Notes under the pieces: generated by a model
What the model was told of the DNA's origin: nothing
The model's input: the letters and a program-made list of their open reading frames with translations, nothing else
Databases searched by the model: none
Shown: in pieces, positions 24,054 through 35,546 of the stretch
Numbering within the stretch: the stretch's first letter is position 1
Layout: every line of letters starts with the position of its first letter
Made by a program: the position numbers and the translations under genes
Origin: Takakia lepidozioides
Lineage: Eukaryota > Plantae > Bryophyta
Assembly (NCBI GenBank): GCA_030704615.1
Contig: CM060733.1
Span: 11,098,001 to 11,162,000, forward strand
Direction of reading: 5' to 3'
Length of the DNA stretch: 64,000 nucleotides

Positions 24054-25110
24054 ATGCCCATGAGGAGTTGGGGCATTTTGGAATGCAACGCACTCACAGT
24101 CTACTGCAGGGGCAGTATTGGTGGCGTGGTATGCACACAGAGGTGCAACGGTTTGTGGTTAGGTGCATGGTGTGTGATAGGGTGTGTGCTTCATTCAACG
24201 CCCCTACACCTCAGTTGCATCCTCTTCCGATCATGGGATTGGGCTACAGGTGGAGTCTTGACTTCGCAGGACCTTTGTCATTGACTATGCGCCACCACAG
24301 ATATGTGTTGGTGATGGTGGAGCACTTCTCCAAGTGGATTGAGTTGGTTCCATTGCCTGACAAGGCTAGTGAGGGGGCTGCGTATGCATTCTTGGATCGT
24401 GTGCTTAGCCGATTCGGTGCTCCAGCTGAAGTGCTCACGGACCAAGGGAGAGAGTTCTTGGGGGAGTTTCAGGCTTTGTGTGATAAAGCCTTGATAGACC
24501 ACCGCACCACTTCTCAGGATCATCCTGAGGCCGATGGCTTGGCAGAGAGAGTTGTTCAGACGGTGAAGAGGGGTTTGCACCAGTATGGCTTGCAGAAGGG
24601 ACACCTAGGAGATTGAGATCTTCAGGTGCCTTTGGTTAGCCATGGGCTACAGGTTCAGCAAGCAAGCATCACTTGCCTCATTCTCACCATATTTCCTTCT
24701 CTTTGGCTGAGAGCCGGATTTGCCTGCAGCCATTCATAGGGACACTGCTCAAGTCCTTAACCTTGACGATCCGGACATGTGGGTACGTGCATGTGGTCAG
24801 CGTGCAGAGTTGTTCAAGAAAGTCATGCCCATGGCTTTTTGAGAACCTTGCCATTGCACAACACCGTGATACATTGAGGTATGCTACTATACGTGGTGGA
24901 GGATATCGTCCTGGGGTTTGGAGGTTTAGCCCGGGTGACTATGTTTATTTGCAGCAGACTGCTCCTACGACCCTGGATGTCACTGTAGGGCGTGTTATTC
25001 TGAGGGTTTGAGAGTTGTTTCCCTCAGGAGTCCTGATCTTGGAGGGTCGGGATGGCATGACTTGGAAAGAACATGTGCGTAATTGTGCGCCATGTCACCT
25101 TCCCAATGTC
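24054..25110 (+). pseudogene. DDE integrase of MTase-Gypsy pol
   Basis: HEELGH...CMVC zinc finger; WSLDFAGP, VLTDQGREF and DGLAERVVQ catalytic motifs; C-terminal FSPGDYVYL. Confidence 0.93.
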
Positions 25111-25156
25111 GATGGCAGAGTTGACCCAAACTTGGCAGTGGTACCTGCAGGTTTTG

Positions 25157-25303
25157 AGGTGTATGCTCTGTGGGTGTGCCAAAGGGGCAGCCACCATGCT
25201 GGTGTATGATCGATGCTCGAGAGGTTGGCATATGGGATGCTTGACACCACCTCTTGAGAGGGTTCCTGATGGAGATTGGTTATGTCCACACTGCTTGGGA
25301 TAG
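25157..25303 (+). pseudogene. PHD finger at the pol C-terminus
   Basis: RCMLCG...MLVYDRCSRGWHMGCLTPPLERVPDGDWLCPHC fits C4HC3 with the third Cys changed to Tyr. Confidence 0.9.
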
Positions 25304-25555
25304 TGGCAGTGGACATGACTAGAGGCAGCTAACAAGACATGGGAGGCCAAGCTCATAGGAGTCAATACACGAGATCCCAAGCACAGGTTGCAAGACGGCG
25401 ACTAACGATGGGGCAACTCTTGCACCCGGCCTCTTGATCTATCGAGTTTGAGTGTAGTAGGGAGAGTGGTGGAGGACTTAGTGAGGCTATGGTCACTATC
25501 ACATCTTGTGGCTACCTGGACTTAGAGGTACTTAAGCACCAGCTAGGGGGCCGAT

Positions 25556-26072
25556 TGTGTGGTCTAGTGACTGCCATAGTGGGCAACATAGTGGCAGCCT
25601 AGTGTCTGACTAGTTGTAGCCTAGTGGTTGGACTAGTGGCTGGACTAATGGTGGACTAGTGGTATACTAGTGTGTGGCGTGCACATGTGTTGTGTGGTTT
25701 TGGACAACGATGTAGTTGTGTAGCGATATGTATGCGCACGACAGTAGTCAAGTTATTTTACCACTAGTGTGAAACTAGCTAGGAAATAGCTAGCTTTTAC
25801 ATATTGACATTTGGGATTGGCCCAAGTGTCAATCCAGGGGTCAAGGCAGATTTAGGCCCTGGAGTGGTTATCTTCACGGCAAGCGTGGGAGGCTCATCTT
25901 TCTCGAGTTGAGCCTCACCGCGCCTAGCTATGGCGCCGAAGTGTGGATTCCCCATGGCGTGGGGTGCACTTGGCTTGACTTGTATTTGAGTGATGAGGTT
26001 ATATATGCATGAGTTTATGCTTCAGATTTGTGAGCTCCCATGAGCTTGTGCTTGTATTCTTCTTCTTTATCA
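25556..26072 (+). repeat. Putative 3' LTR of the MTase-Gypsy (517 bp)
   Basis: Follows AGCTAGGGGGCCGAT, starts TG, ends CA; its 3' end matches 15112-15189. Confidence 0.7.
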
Positions 26073-26073
26073 T

Positions 26074-26243
26074 TGTGTGGATTAGTGACTGCCATAGTGG
26101 GCAGCATAGTGGCAGCCTAGCGACTGACTAGTTGTAGCCTAGTGGTTGGACTAGTTGTGGACTAGTGGTATACTAGTGTGTGGCGTGCACATGTGTTGTG
26201 TGGACAGCGATGTAGTTGTGTAGCGATATGTATGCGCACGACA
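26074..26243 (+). repeat. Direct duplicate of the first ~188 bp of the LTR (25556-25743)
   Basis: TGTGTGG..TAGTGACTGCCATAGTGGGCA...TATGCGCACGACA occurs at both positions with two small indels. Confidence 0.9.
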
Positions 26244-26446
26244 CATATTTTGTGAGATTCTTGCTTTGGTTTTGGCTACGAAAGGGATCGCAATGAAGGT
26301 GGTTTGTTGGCTTTCAATGCAGCATCAAGCAAGGAGGCCGATTTAGGTATTGTTTTGAGCCTCTTGCCCATTTGTTGCTCGTTACATGCGGTTGAGTGTT
26401 GAATGCTTGTTTTATGGCAACTTTGTGACAAGGTTAGCTAGGGGAG

Positions 26447-28817
26447 ATGGATTTCTTCAATGCGTTAGAGTTCAGTGAGACTGAAACATTGTTGCTATCT
26501 ACTGGGGAGGATGTAGAGGACTTGGAGACAAGCGTGACAAGCGAGGAGGTCCTGCAAGTTGGTGATCAGGCGGAAGAGGACTGAATTGCCGAGGAGGAGG
26601 CTCTGTGGCGCCAGCGCTTGCAAGTTTTGGTCGCCAATAAGGGATTTTGGCTCCCATATCATAGAAGTTCTTAGTGTTGGGCATTTTTTGTCCTGAACGA
26701 TGCAAGTGCTAAGGTAGAGATGAATGAGACACAACTGATGAGGTGCATTATGTGTCATTCAATGGAGAATGCTCACAGCTCTAGTAACTCAACCAGAACC
26801 AGAAAAGGCTTTGTAAACTACAATCCAAATCATGGCATAACTGCAATGAGGAAACATGTCTCTAATGAACATGGATCTGATCTTGCAAAACACAAAGCCC
26901 ATAGGCAAGTTGTTGTAGATCAAGGTAGCAATAAACGTCAGAAAACCAAAAAACGATAGTCTGTGCCTCTGAGTGCTATCACTTCGTTCTTTGGCAGTTG
27001 TAGGCCATATAGGAAAGATAATCCTCCCCAGCTGAGGTTCATTGAAGATCTAGTGCTTCTGGTCTATAAAGGGTACATGCCCCTGTCAGTTGTTGAGAAT
27101 CCCTGGCTCCGCAGATTAATCATGAGACAGCGTGGTCAGGTTGTATTCCCTAGCAGAAAAACAGCTTGTGAAAGACCATCTACCTGCTTTGTTCAAGAAA
27201 ACGATGGACACATATGTTTTACCTGCCATAGCCTCTGCATCCACCGTGTCTTGCTCCTTTGACTTGTGGATGTCAAGATCAGGGCATGATACCTTTGCAC
27301 TTATGGTAAACTTTATCAACGAGGTTTGGTGTCCATGCCATATTACAGTTGGTATTTTTGAAGCTCCATATACATCTGGACTTGCTCTTGCAGCCCAAGT
27401 GAAAGCTCTGCTGGCTCAATTCAAGCTATCAGACAAGGTGATAGCTTATATAAAGGATGAAGGGGCTAACCTTGCGACTTTGCAATCTGCCCTAACTTCA
27501 GTGGTGAAATGTGATCCTTTGAAGCTGTCAGAGCCCTATCCAGGGTCTTGCTTTGGACATGCCATATCTAAGGCATACCAATACGCAACAAATGAGGAGA
27601 AGGTCAGTGGTGGTATGATTGAGGTGAGCTTGAACGAGGCTCAGGCAGCATTGCAAAAAACCATCACTTGGACGAAGAAAAGTGGTAAGGGCAAGTTGGA
27701 GTGGGAGAATGTCTGTGTGGATGCAGGCCTGCCCAAGAGAAAACTCAGGACCCCTGTCAAGACAAGATTTGCATCGAAAGTCATTATGTTTCAGGAGACG
27801 TTGGCGTATGCTAATGCCATCAATTTTTGCTACACACGACAATCTGCTGCCTTGCAAGCCAGGGTTCCCAGTGGGTGGACATGGGCCATAGCCAGAGCCG
27901 TGGATGACACTTTGACACTTGTAGTGCACCAATGCATTCTGAACCAGCGAAGGGGTTACTGGCTGCTCTCAGATGCCCTCTTAGCTGGCTTGGCTATCAT
28001 GACGGAGATTAGGAAGATTGTGGAAGTAAGGACAACTCATGTGCCATGCTTACAATATGGATCTTTTGATGCGGAGATAGAGTTGCTTTATGCTCGCATG
28101 GCCCTCCAAGTCACAGAGGTTCTTCACCCATTTCTTTCATTTGCTGAATATTTCATTGAGAACAAGGCACATAACATGCTAGCCTTAATGTTGGATCCAC
28201 GGTTCAAAGGCTTACAGTGCATTGCTGATTACATTGGTAGGATGTCAGCTGAACGTCTGGTGCAAGAATATGATTCAGTTGTATTGCTGCCACTATTGAC
28301 CACTGTGATTGAGCACTTGAACCCTAAAGGTGGCACAGCTCCGCATCCACCCACTCCTGAGCTACCCTCGCATGGATTGTTTGGTAGGGCTGCCTCCACT
28401 GAGGAGGCCAGTGAGGGCTTATTGAAGGCTGAGCTTTCTTTACTCCGACGCTTTCCCGTTGACAATGAGGAGAAACTGGATCCAATGAAATGGTGGTTTG
28501 AGCATGAGACAAGGTTCCCTAATGTTGGGTGGTTGGCTCGTCAAATTCTTGGAATACCTGGTTCTCAGATTGAGACAGAGAGAATTTTCTCCATGGCAGG
28601 TGTGCTGACTGCTCTTAGACGATGTCGTCTGGGGGTGGATAATCTGGACAAATTGGTAATGGTTTACAAAAATTGGCCCAGTGATGCCCGTGTTGATTGT
28701 AAGCTAGTCGAAGCAGGAATGTTCAAGGACTTCTTGGAGGATGAGGACATACTAGTTGACGAGAATGAGGAGCTGATTGAGGAGGCAGGGCTGTTTGAGA
28801 ACGACGAGTTGGGGTAG
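26447..28817 (+). pseudogene. hAT transposase (BED finger, DDE core, dimerisation domain), disrupted in the 5' part
   Basis: BED finger (CWAFF...CIMC...TAMRKHVSNEH); SFDLWMS, IKDEGAN, CFGH, KTRF and LDPRFK; C-terminal KWW...FPNVGWLARQILGIPGSQIETERIFS. TAG at 26957 and a frameshift near 27150. Confidence 0.92.
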
Positions 28818-31800
28818 GCTTGTGAACTCTAAAATTATTATTTTTTCTACATTTTGGCTGAGTCTCCAGCTTTGAATGTATGTGGTTTTAATCTAGGATT
28901 GCTTTCTTGCAGGTGTTGGAGTGGTTGCTGACATGGAGTTGTAGCAGTGCTGGAGTCAGATTTGATAAGTATTTTTAAACTGCTGATTGTTTATGTTTGA
29001 TATTGACCAATGCTTATACTCCGCATCCACTTGACCTTTGAGGTCAGACTTGGGTGTTTTTGTTCTCTTCACAGGTGCGGAGTTTCAAGACATGGCACAC
29101 CACCATCTATCACTTTGAGGTGGAGATCAGCTACTACACTTAGGCATCGCAATAGTAGCCAACGTACCCAGTCACCTGCAGATTAGCCAGTGTTTGAGTG
29201 ACCACAAATTTGCTTTTATTTTGGGATCCTCGGTTCCATTGCAATGTTGATTTTTTAGCCTTGTCATCTGGTTCTTAACTTTGCTCATGCTGGTATTGGC
29301 GAGGACAAGAAATTGACAGCAAACCAAAGAGAATTTGGCATAGAGTAGAGTAGATCATTTGATAAGCTTCACATATGCATAACTCAACATGAGAAATTTC
29401 ATAAGCTCATGGCAGTTCCTAATTTCAATTGCTTTGTTTCTATTTGTATTAGTGCTCTGTCGCATTCAGCATTAGTCTTCGTGGCTTGAAAGAAAAACAG
29501 CGGCAGTGAAAATTATAAATGCAAGGCCAAAAGTTTCCATATGTATGCTACAATATTCGGTGTGTGTTTCTCTCTAAAATGTAAATTTTTGATACTGTAC
29601 CCGAAGTTGATATCAGCAGGTATCAAGGTTTTCATACCCTTGTTGATACTAGGTCGGCAAAAGTGAAATGCTAGCATTATTGATACCCTACAAGTAACAA
29701 AATCCGGGTTTTTTTTTTTAATTGCATACCCGTGTTTGGGACATCTCTAAATTCTTATACTACCATGACCCTCCTGGTATCTCCAAAACGCGATACCAGA
29801 CCAACACTGGATTTTACTTGGCCCCAAGCCCCAGTGGCGACCGTACCGGCAGGCTATCACGCGCGCATTCAACTCGCATCCTATGTCTAGCGTGTTCCTT
29901 ATTTCTCCTCTCATGGACATTTCTTGTATTTTTCTGAGAGAGAAGACTAGAACTACCAGTTCATAGTAATCCAGGGACCTGATTTGTGAGGGGTCGCTCC
30001 CGGTTCTTTCTATTGTTTTTTGTAAAGGATATTTCTCTTTCCAGAAAAAAGGAAGAAAAAAAGTAAAGTTTTAAGGTGCTTATCTTAAACACCTCCTTAT
30101 CATTCCCCTAAAGCAAGCTTACCAAGATTTCTCTAGGGTAGCCAGTGATTTAGTGGGTCCCCCTCTAACCACCCTTTGTTGGAGATGGTAATAAGAGCTC
30201 AGGATTTTAGCTGCACACACCTGAAATTTCTTCATTGCACACCCTACCTAAAGTATGTTGGCCTATGACCATACACTATGGAGGTTTCCAGTTTCCACCC
30301 CCCACAGGATGAATTTATTAACATATTTCATCCATTCAAAGTCCAATTGAACGGGAATAAGTGGCCTGTTCTAAATGCCCTTATTACGGCCTGACCAGCA
30401 GAGCCTTACCAAACAGGCGCAAAACCGTGGGTAGGTCTTTTGCTGAGGCAATAATGCCAACAAGCGCTCAACTTGCCATTTGCCCCAGCAGCAACCATGC
30501 CATCTAGCACAACGGCTTCACTTCCTCCATAGCCTGGAAACTCCATGTGCGCTCTTTCCCAGGCGGAGGCGAGGAGGGACTGCTTTGTGGACTAATTGTA
30601 AGAAGTTCACACTTCACACCTTCTTTTCATTTTTCATTTTTCATTTGATATGACATGGTTGTGTGAAAGGTCAAAAACTTGTCAACCTGTCATGTTAAAG
30701 GCATTTATTCAAAGTTGTATGAAAGTCTGTCACACAAAAGGTAGGGCTACCTGGCAAACAACACTGGGTACTAGCAAGCTGCTCTCAAGGTGAAGCCCTG
30801 CGACCAGAAGAGACAACGTAGTAAAGGATGCAGAATGCTTTGCAGGGCAACTTTTAAGATCCATGTGGCTTCTTTAGTGCCTCTCAGACGTACCAATTTA
30901 TGGGTTTTTAGTTCAAATCATTCCAGCCGAAACCTAGCTGACTGAACCTAACCGGGGATTCACAACCGTTGGAAGTCGAATATTCTTAGCCTAAGCAAAC
31001 AGTCGTGAGCATCCAAACACAGCGACTTGCTCAAAAACAATTCTTTGAGCGCGGTAGCATCTTTTCCACCACACTAAGACCTCATCGACTTCGATGCCAC
31101 AGCCTGCACTTGTCTTTTGCCGTGCAGCTCCCACCCAACTTCCAACATTGCTGCATCAGCGTTGAAAACTTTTTATACTCCACTGATACACTTGACTTTT
31201 GGCTCTTGGGTACAACAGTGGAGGTGGGGAACAAAGAGAATCAGTCGGTACATGTTGAATTTGGGGTGACCTGGGCGCGCGACAATTTTTGCGCTGTGTG
31301 GAGCTGGATCAAGCGAAGTTTGACTGGCCATCGACACATGGATGACAATCGAGAGATTTGGAGAAGCCCAATGGTGACCCCCGTCAGCCCTATTTAAATC
31401 CTTTTAATAGAGGTGCATCGGATCTGAGGGCCCACGACCAGGCCAGCAAAAGCAACAGCCGCAGCAAACACAGAATAACCAGCTGGCTCCGCAACCCTTG
31501 CTCTGCGGTATGTAGAATGAGCCTTCTCCAGAATCCCGGAGACCAAGCCTTGCGGCGGGCTCGAATTATAGAGACACCTCTGCTGACGTAACTTATATGT
31601 CTTCTTCCCAAGCTTCTGGTGTGCCAACTGATACAAATTTCCATCTTCCCAAAAATACTGTCTATCAACAACTGCATAACCCGTCCTGAGTTAAATCTAA
31701 TACCTGCTAAGTGATGTCGTCCGAGGTCTATCACTATTAGAGTGTAGAAAAAGTCTTGCAAATGATTACCGTCATGAACAACAAAGTAAGCCGTTAGTCA

Positions 31801-33564
31801 GATTCCTGGAGATGCCATACCCAACCTTCGTTCAAGCTCTACCTAGGTTACCTGTCTAAAAGTCTAGACTCTACACTCCACACCTCGCGCATTTTAATCC
31901 CAGAATCCAACTCCCCCGCCTAATTAGAGAAAATACCTAATTTGGAGTGGAAGTAATAAGTATTCAGCGCCCAGCTGCAGATTTGCAATCAACTGCCGCC
32001 AAAAACATTTATACTTAATCTAGGCATGATATAGTTGAGATCCAGAGCTTGCCAAGTGTGAAGGATAAAGAACAACGTGCACACAACAAATCGGACCGAA
32101 GCGCGTCCGCAACGAGCAACTGCATTGACGAGCTCTAGGCTATACGCGTCTAACATGTGAAAGGTGCAATCGCTGCAGACACACATTCACTGTACATACG
32201 TGGAATGGGCTGGCTATGCCATTGTGCGGTGTGAGTGCGTGTCCTGTAAGAGAATGCCTACCGACTCGCTCGACAATATATGTCTGAACTTACCAAGAAT
32301 TGTAGTCACAGATCGTGCCCCATAGTACGACCCTGTATTCCTGGCTATTGGGACCCGCACAAAAATGCCCTCATCCAATGACATGAAAGGAAAGATTGCA
32401 TGTCTGTCGCACTCCTTATTCATCAATCTCATTTCCATTCCCATTTCCGATTACACACATGTACTACCCAGCTGCAAAGCGCCAGCATATTCTGTTCCTT
32501 GTCGCGTGTCCAAACCTCCAAACCCCAAACCCTGCCTATCATATAATATCACACGGGGATTGAACAAGTGAGTCCATCGTATACGGCAGGTTTGGTACAC
32601 TAGCCAGGACTTATACCACTTCTTTTCTTTTGAGAGTGGAAGGGTCAATGGTGGCTGAGGCTGCAGTGGGCGATTGACTTGGAGGCAGCTCAGTAGTGTT
32701 GGGTCACCTCAGGTGGGGGCATCGCTCTCCTTTTGGCTGCACACACAACACTTGTGTCCTTTTTCGCTGCAGTCTGTGGCCTGCTTGCTCACGTCACTTG
32801 TGCTGTGCTTTCATCATCACTTGAAGCTCACAGTGATGCAAGCCCAGCGTTTCTTTTAAGGTATTTACATTGTAGCACAAGCGGCATCCATTAGAACCTT
32901 AGAGGAGCATGTATGGCGCTTGTACAAAATGCGTAGTGGAAATGGCTGGCGATAATATGAGATTTTGAATGGGTGTTGGGCGAATGAACTTAAAACCTAG
33001 TACACTTGTTGAGGCGAATAACCCACGAGGGTTTAGGCATCATTAGAGACTAGCAGAAATTATGCCAAATACCACCAAAAAATTTAAACCACCATTCATA
33101 AGTAGAAAACCTTAAATTGGCTTATATTGCATTTCAGTCAATCTACACAGGCATATTTGAACCCTGGCCTGCCTAATGCTACATGGCACATAGATAAGAA
33201 GTATCAATGTTTGCTCTCTTTAATCGCAGCCTTGAGTGATTACTGATACTAACATAAAGTGCATGCGAAAGCACGCTCTCAACAACTTGCAAGCAGCCCT
33301 AAGGCCTAAAGAGAGGAGAGGAAAAAAATGAAAGAAGGAAGATGTGTTTTAGGTTTTTTTTTTTTTCCCCCCCTAAACTTGCTGACATGTGTCCTTTCAT
33401 CCCAAAAACAATGAATAAATGACATTCTCATTCCGTTTTTGTAACCCTCTGCCACCCTTTTGATTATCATCCTCCTCTGCAGTCACCCTTTTGCCCTCCT
33501 CCGCGGCCACCTTTTTCATATTTAAGAACTTTATCATCCAAACCAGGTTGCTATCAAAAAAACG

Positions 33565-33633
33565 TTGAGTTGCTAGGATTAGAACACCAAGTCGATTGGC
33601 TAGGAAGGAAGATCTCTACTACTAAGCTACCCA
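33565..33633 (-). other. Possible tRNA-derived (SINE-head-like) remnant
   Basis: The minus strand has an A-box-like GTAGCTTAGTAGTAGAG and a B-box-like GTTCTAATCC at tRNA-like spacing, but no intact cloverleaf. Confidence 0.3.
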
Positions 33634-35546
33634 TACACATATTATAATAATACCACTACAAAATCTATCTATCCAGATTATACTATACTTACCCATATAT
33701 ATATATGTGTACAAAAATGGGCAACATAGCTGGCTCCACGTCCTCCCGCGCACTCGGAATGCGGCGATGTCCTGCACGTGGTCCGTGGGATCTGGCTCCT
33801 CTGCTGTAAACTGTCTTCACTCAATATGGCGCCATGTGCCTCCCTGTGGCGGCCCCTCTAGCTAATGGTGGGCCCATCAGATCAGCTTTTGGCGAAAAGT
33901 GATGATTTTCCAGCCTGATTTCCCTTTACCCCTGTCGCCAAGTCCCGCGCGAGGTCGAAATCTGGCGATTATTCGCCACTAAAAGAATGGCTGTGCAAGC
34001 CACGTTCAAACTTTGGACATGGGGATGTTGCACGTTCACCAATAATTCATCTGAGCTCACCAATTACATGAGCAGCTGCGTTGGACTCCATTCGATGGGC
34101 CATCACAGCAGCCTTTCACAAACTCGGGGTTTGCTGCCATTCCTAAGATCCATGATCTCCCATGTCGTTATTCTGGTGCACCAAGTTTGCAACATACGCA
34201 CACTGATCTGGAAAGCTGTCTGTGTGGAAATAGATAAGATGGGATGATGGGCTCAACTACCCAGATACACCCTCTGTACGGGTTGTTTGCCAGGCTTAAA
34301 TCTTCAGAGATAATATAGTATACATGCGTGCCAAATCTTGAAACTGTTAACTTTTAAGGGACACTACATTCCCCAAGTATTTTTATTCCGTTGGGTCCAT
34401 GAGACAGCAGCTGAGAAGTTGTTGCCTCTCATGAGCCCAACATTTTTTAAGTGTAACTCAGAGTTCTCAATGGTGTTACTTGGAGGGGTGCCTACCTAGG
34501 CATCACTCAAGCAAAAACTGGCTATCAAAGAATGATTGGACCAAAGAGGCAAAGATGGACCTATAGTTCATCTTTTTCTTCTTCTTTAGGTCCTCCATGT
34601 TCCAGATGAGGCTCCTTCCCTTCCCATTCTTCAATACCGTCCCTCACCACACGAAGATACGCTGATCCAACCCAATACCTAGGGATCCATAGAAAGCAGT
34701 GTTATTAGACCACACTTCTTTGCAATAGAGTCTCAAGTTGGAGGAAAAAGAGGGCTGTAAGAAGATAAGGGAGTTGGGGAGAGAAACACGTAAGTGCCAC
34801 TAATATCCTTCAGATCCACTACATGAAGATTGACAAGCAGACCGTGGCCTGCTAGTGGATGTGTTCCATAGTGACTCCATTCAGCCTCCATTCAGCATAT
34901 GAGGTGTTCCCAATCATATCGCTCGGACTTGCTTTAGGAATACTGTATTCGGCCCCATAGAAGAATGATAGAAGAGACAGGCACTTGGAGCACAGATTCT
35001 TACAATGAGCTGCTTCTCAGTTACCTTCCTTTGAAAGAGGAAAGAAAATAGGAGACACCAAGATAGCGAAGACAGACTTAACACTGAACCAGGGACATAT
35101 ACATGAAAACAGGGAACAGTGAGGGTCTGCATTGTGTCCGTCGCGCTAACTAGTCATGAATGCTCATGATGCTCAACATCTGGAAGCTGTTGAGTGTAAT
35201 GTACATGAGCAAAACTTAAGACAAAGAGAGCTCTACACATCTGAGATTGAAAATCTTTCTTCAGGAAGTTGTCCGGGTTCCAGAGGAGTACTTAGGTGCA
35301 CCCTACTTTATAATTTGGCGAGCGCTTCTTGAGTCAAATCAGTGTTCCCTTCCCAAAATTGTTCTACCTCCTAAGGTCGGAAGATGATAAGTTAAGAATT
35401 GATCGGCCGGGTGAAAGAAAGAAAAGAGTCTTTTGAACAAGGTGAAGTATGTCTCGTGCGCATATGAAATTTAAAGTTGCCTCGATTTCAACTCTTCAGT
35501 AAAGTAGTGTCGTGAAAAGACTTCAGCGGGATGGCATTGTTTGTCT

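Larger units (their letters stand above)
15112..26072 (+). mobile_element. Ty3/Gypsy LTR retrotransposon encoding a C5 DNA methyltransferase and a PHD finger (degenerate copy)
   Basis: Domain order gag (2 zinc knuckles) - PR - C5-MTase - RT - RH - INT - PHD. PPT-like AGGGGG at ~25545-25550 precedes a TG...CA LTR at 25556-26072, whose last 78 bp match 15112-15189. Confidence 0.85.
8706..29809 (+). mobile_element. hAT-superfamily DNA transposon, expanded to ~21 kb by nested LTR retrotransposons
   Basis: Perfect 17-bp TIRs CAGTGTTGGTCTGGTAT (8706-8722) / ATACCAGACCAACACTG (29793-29809), flanked by an exact 8-bp TSD GATTTTAC (8698-8705 and 29810-29817). A hAT transposase lies inside at 26447-28817. 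Confidence 0.93.

Noticed and set aside
25931-25950. TGGCGCCGAAGTGTGG, resembling a tRNA-Asp/Lys PBS
   Set aside because: It lies inside the putative LTR, is not preceded by an LTR-ending CA, and matches only ~8 nt of a tRNA end.
15112-26243. Classification as a DIRS/PAT tyrosine-recombinase element with the usual DIRS methyltransferase
   Set aside because: The element has an aspartic protease and a DDE integrase and no YR motif was seen. The MTase has C5 (PC/EN) motifs rather than the adenine-MTase type typical of DIRS.
31005-31761. 130-aa and 123-aa ORFs in the intergenic region
   Set aside because: No recognisable domain or convincing exon structure.
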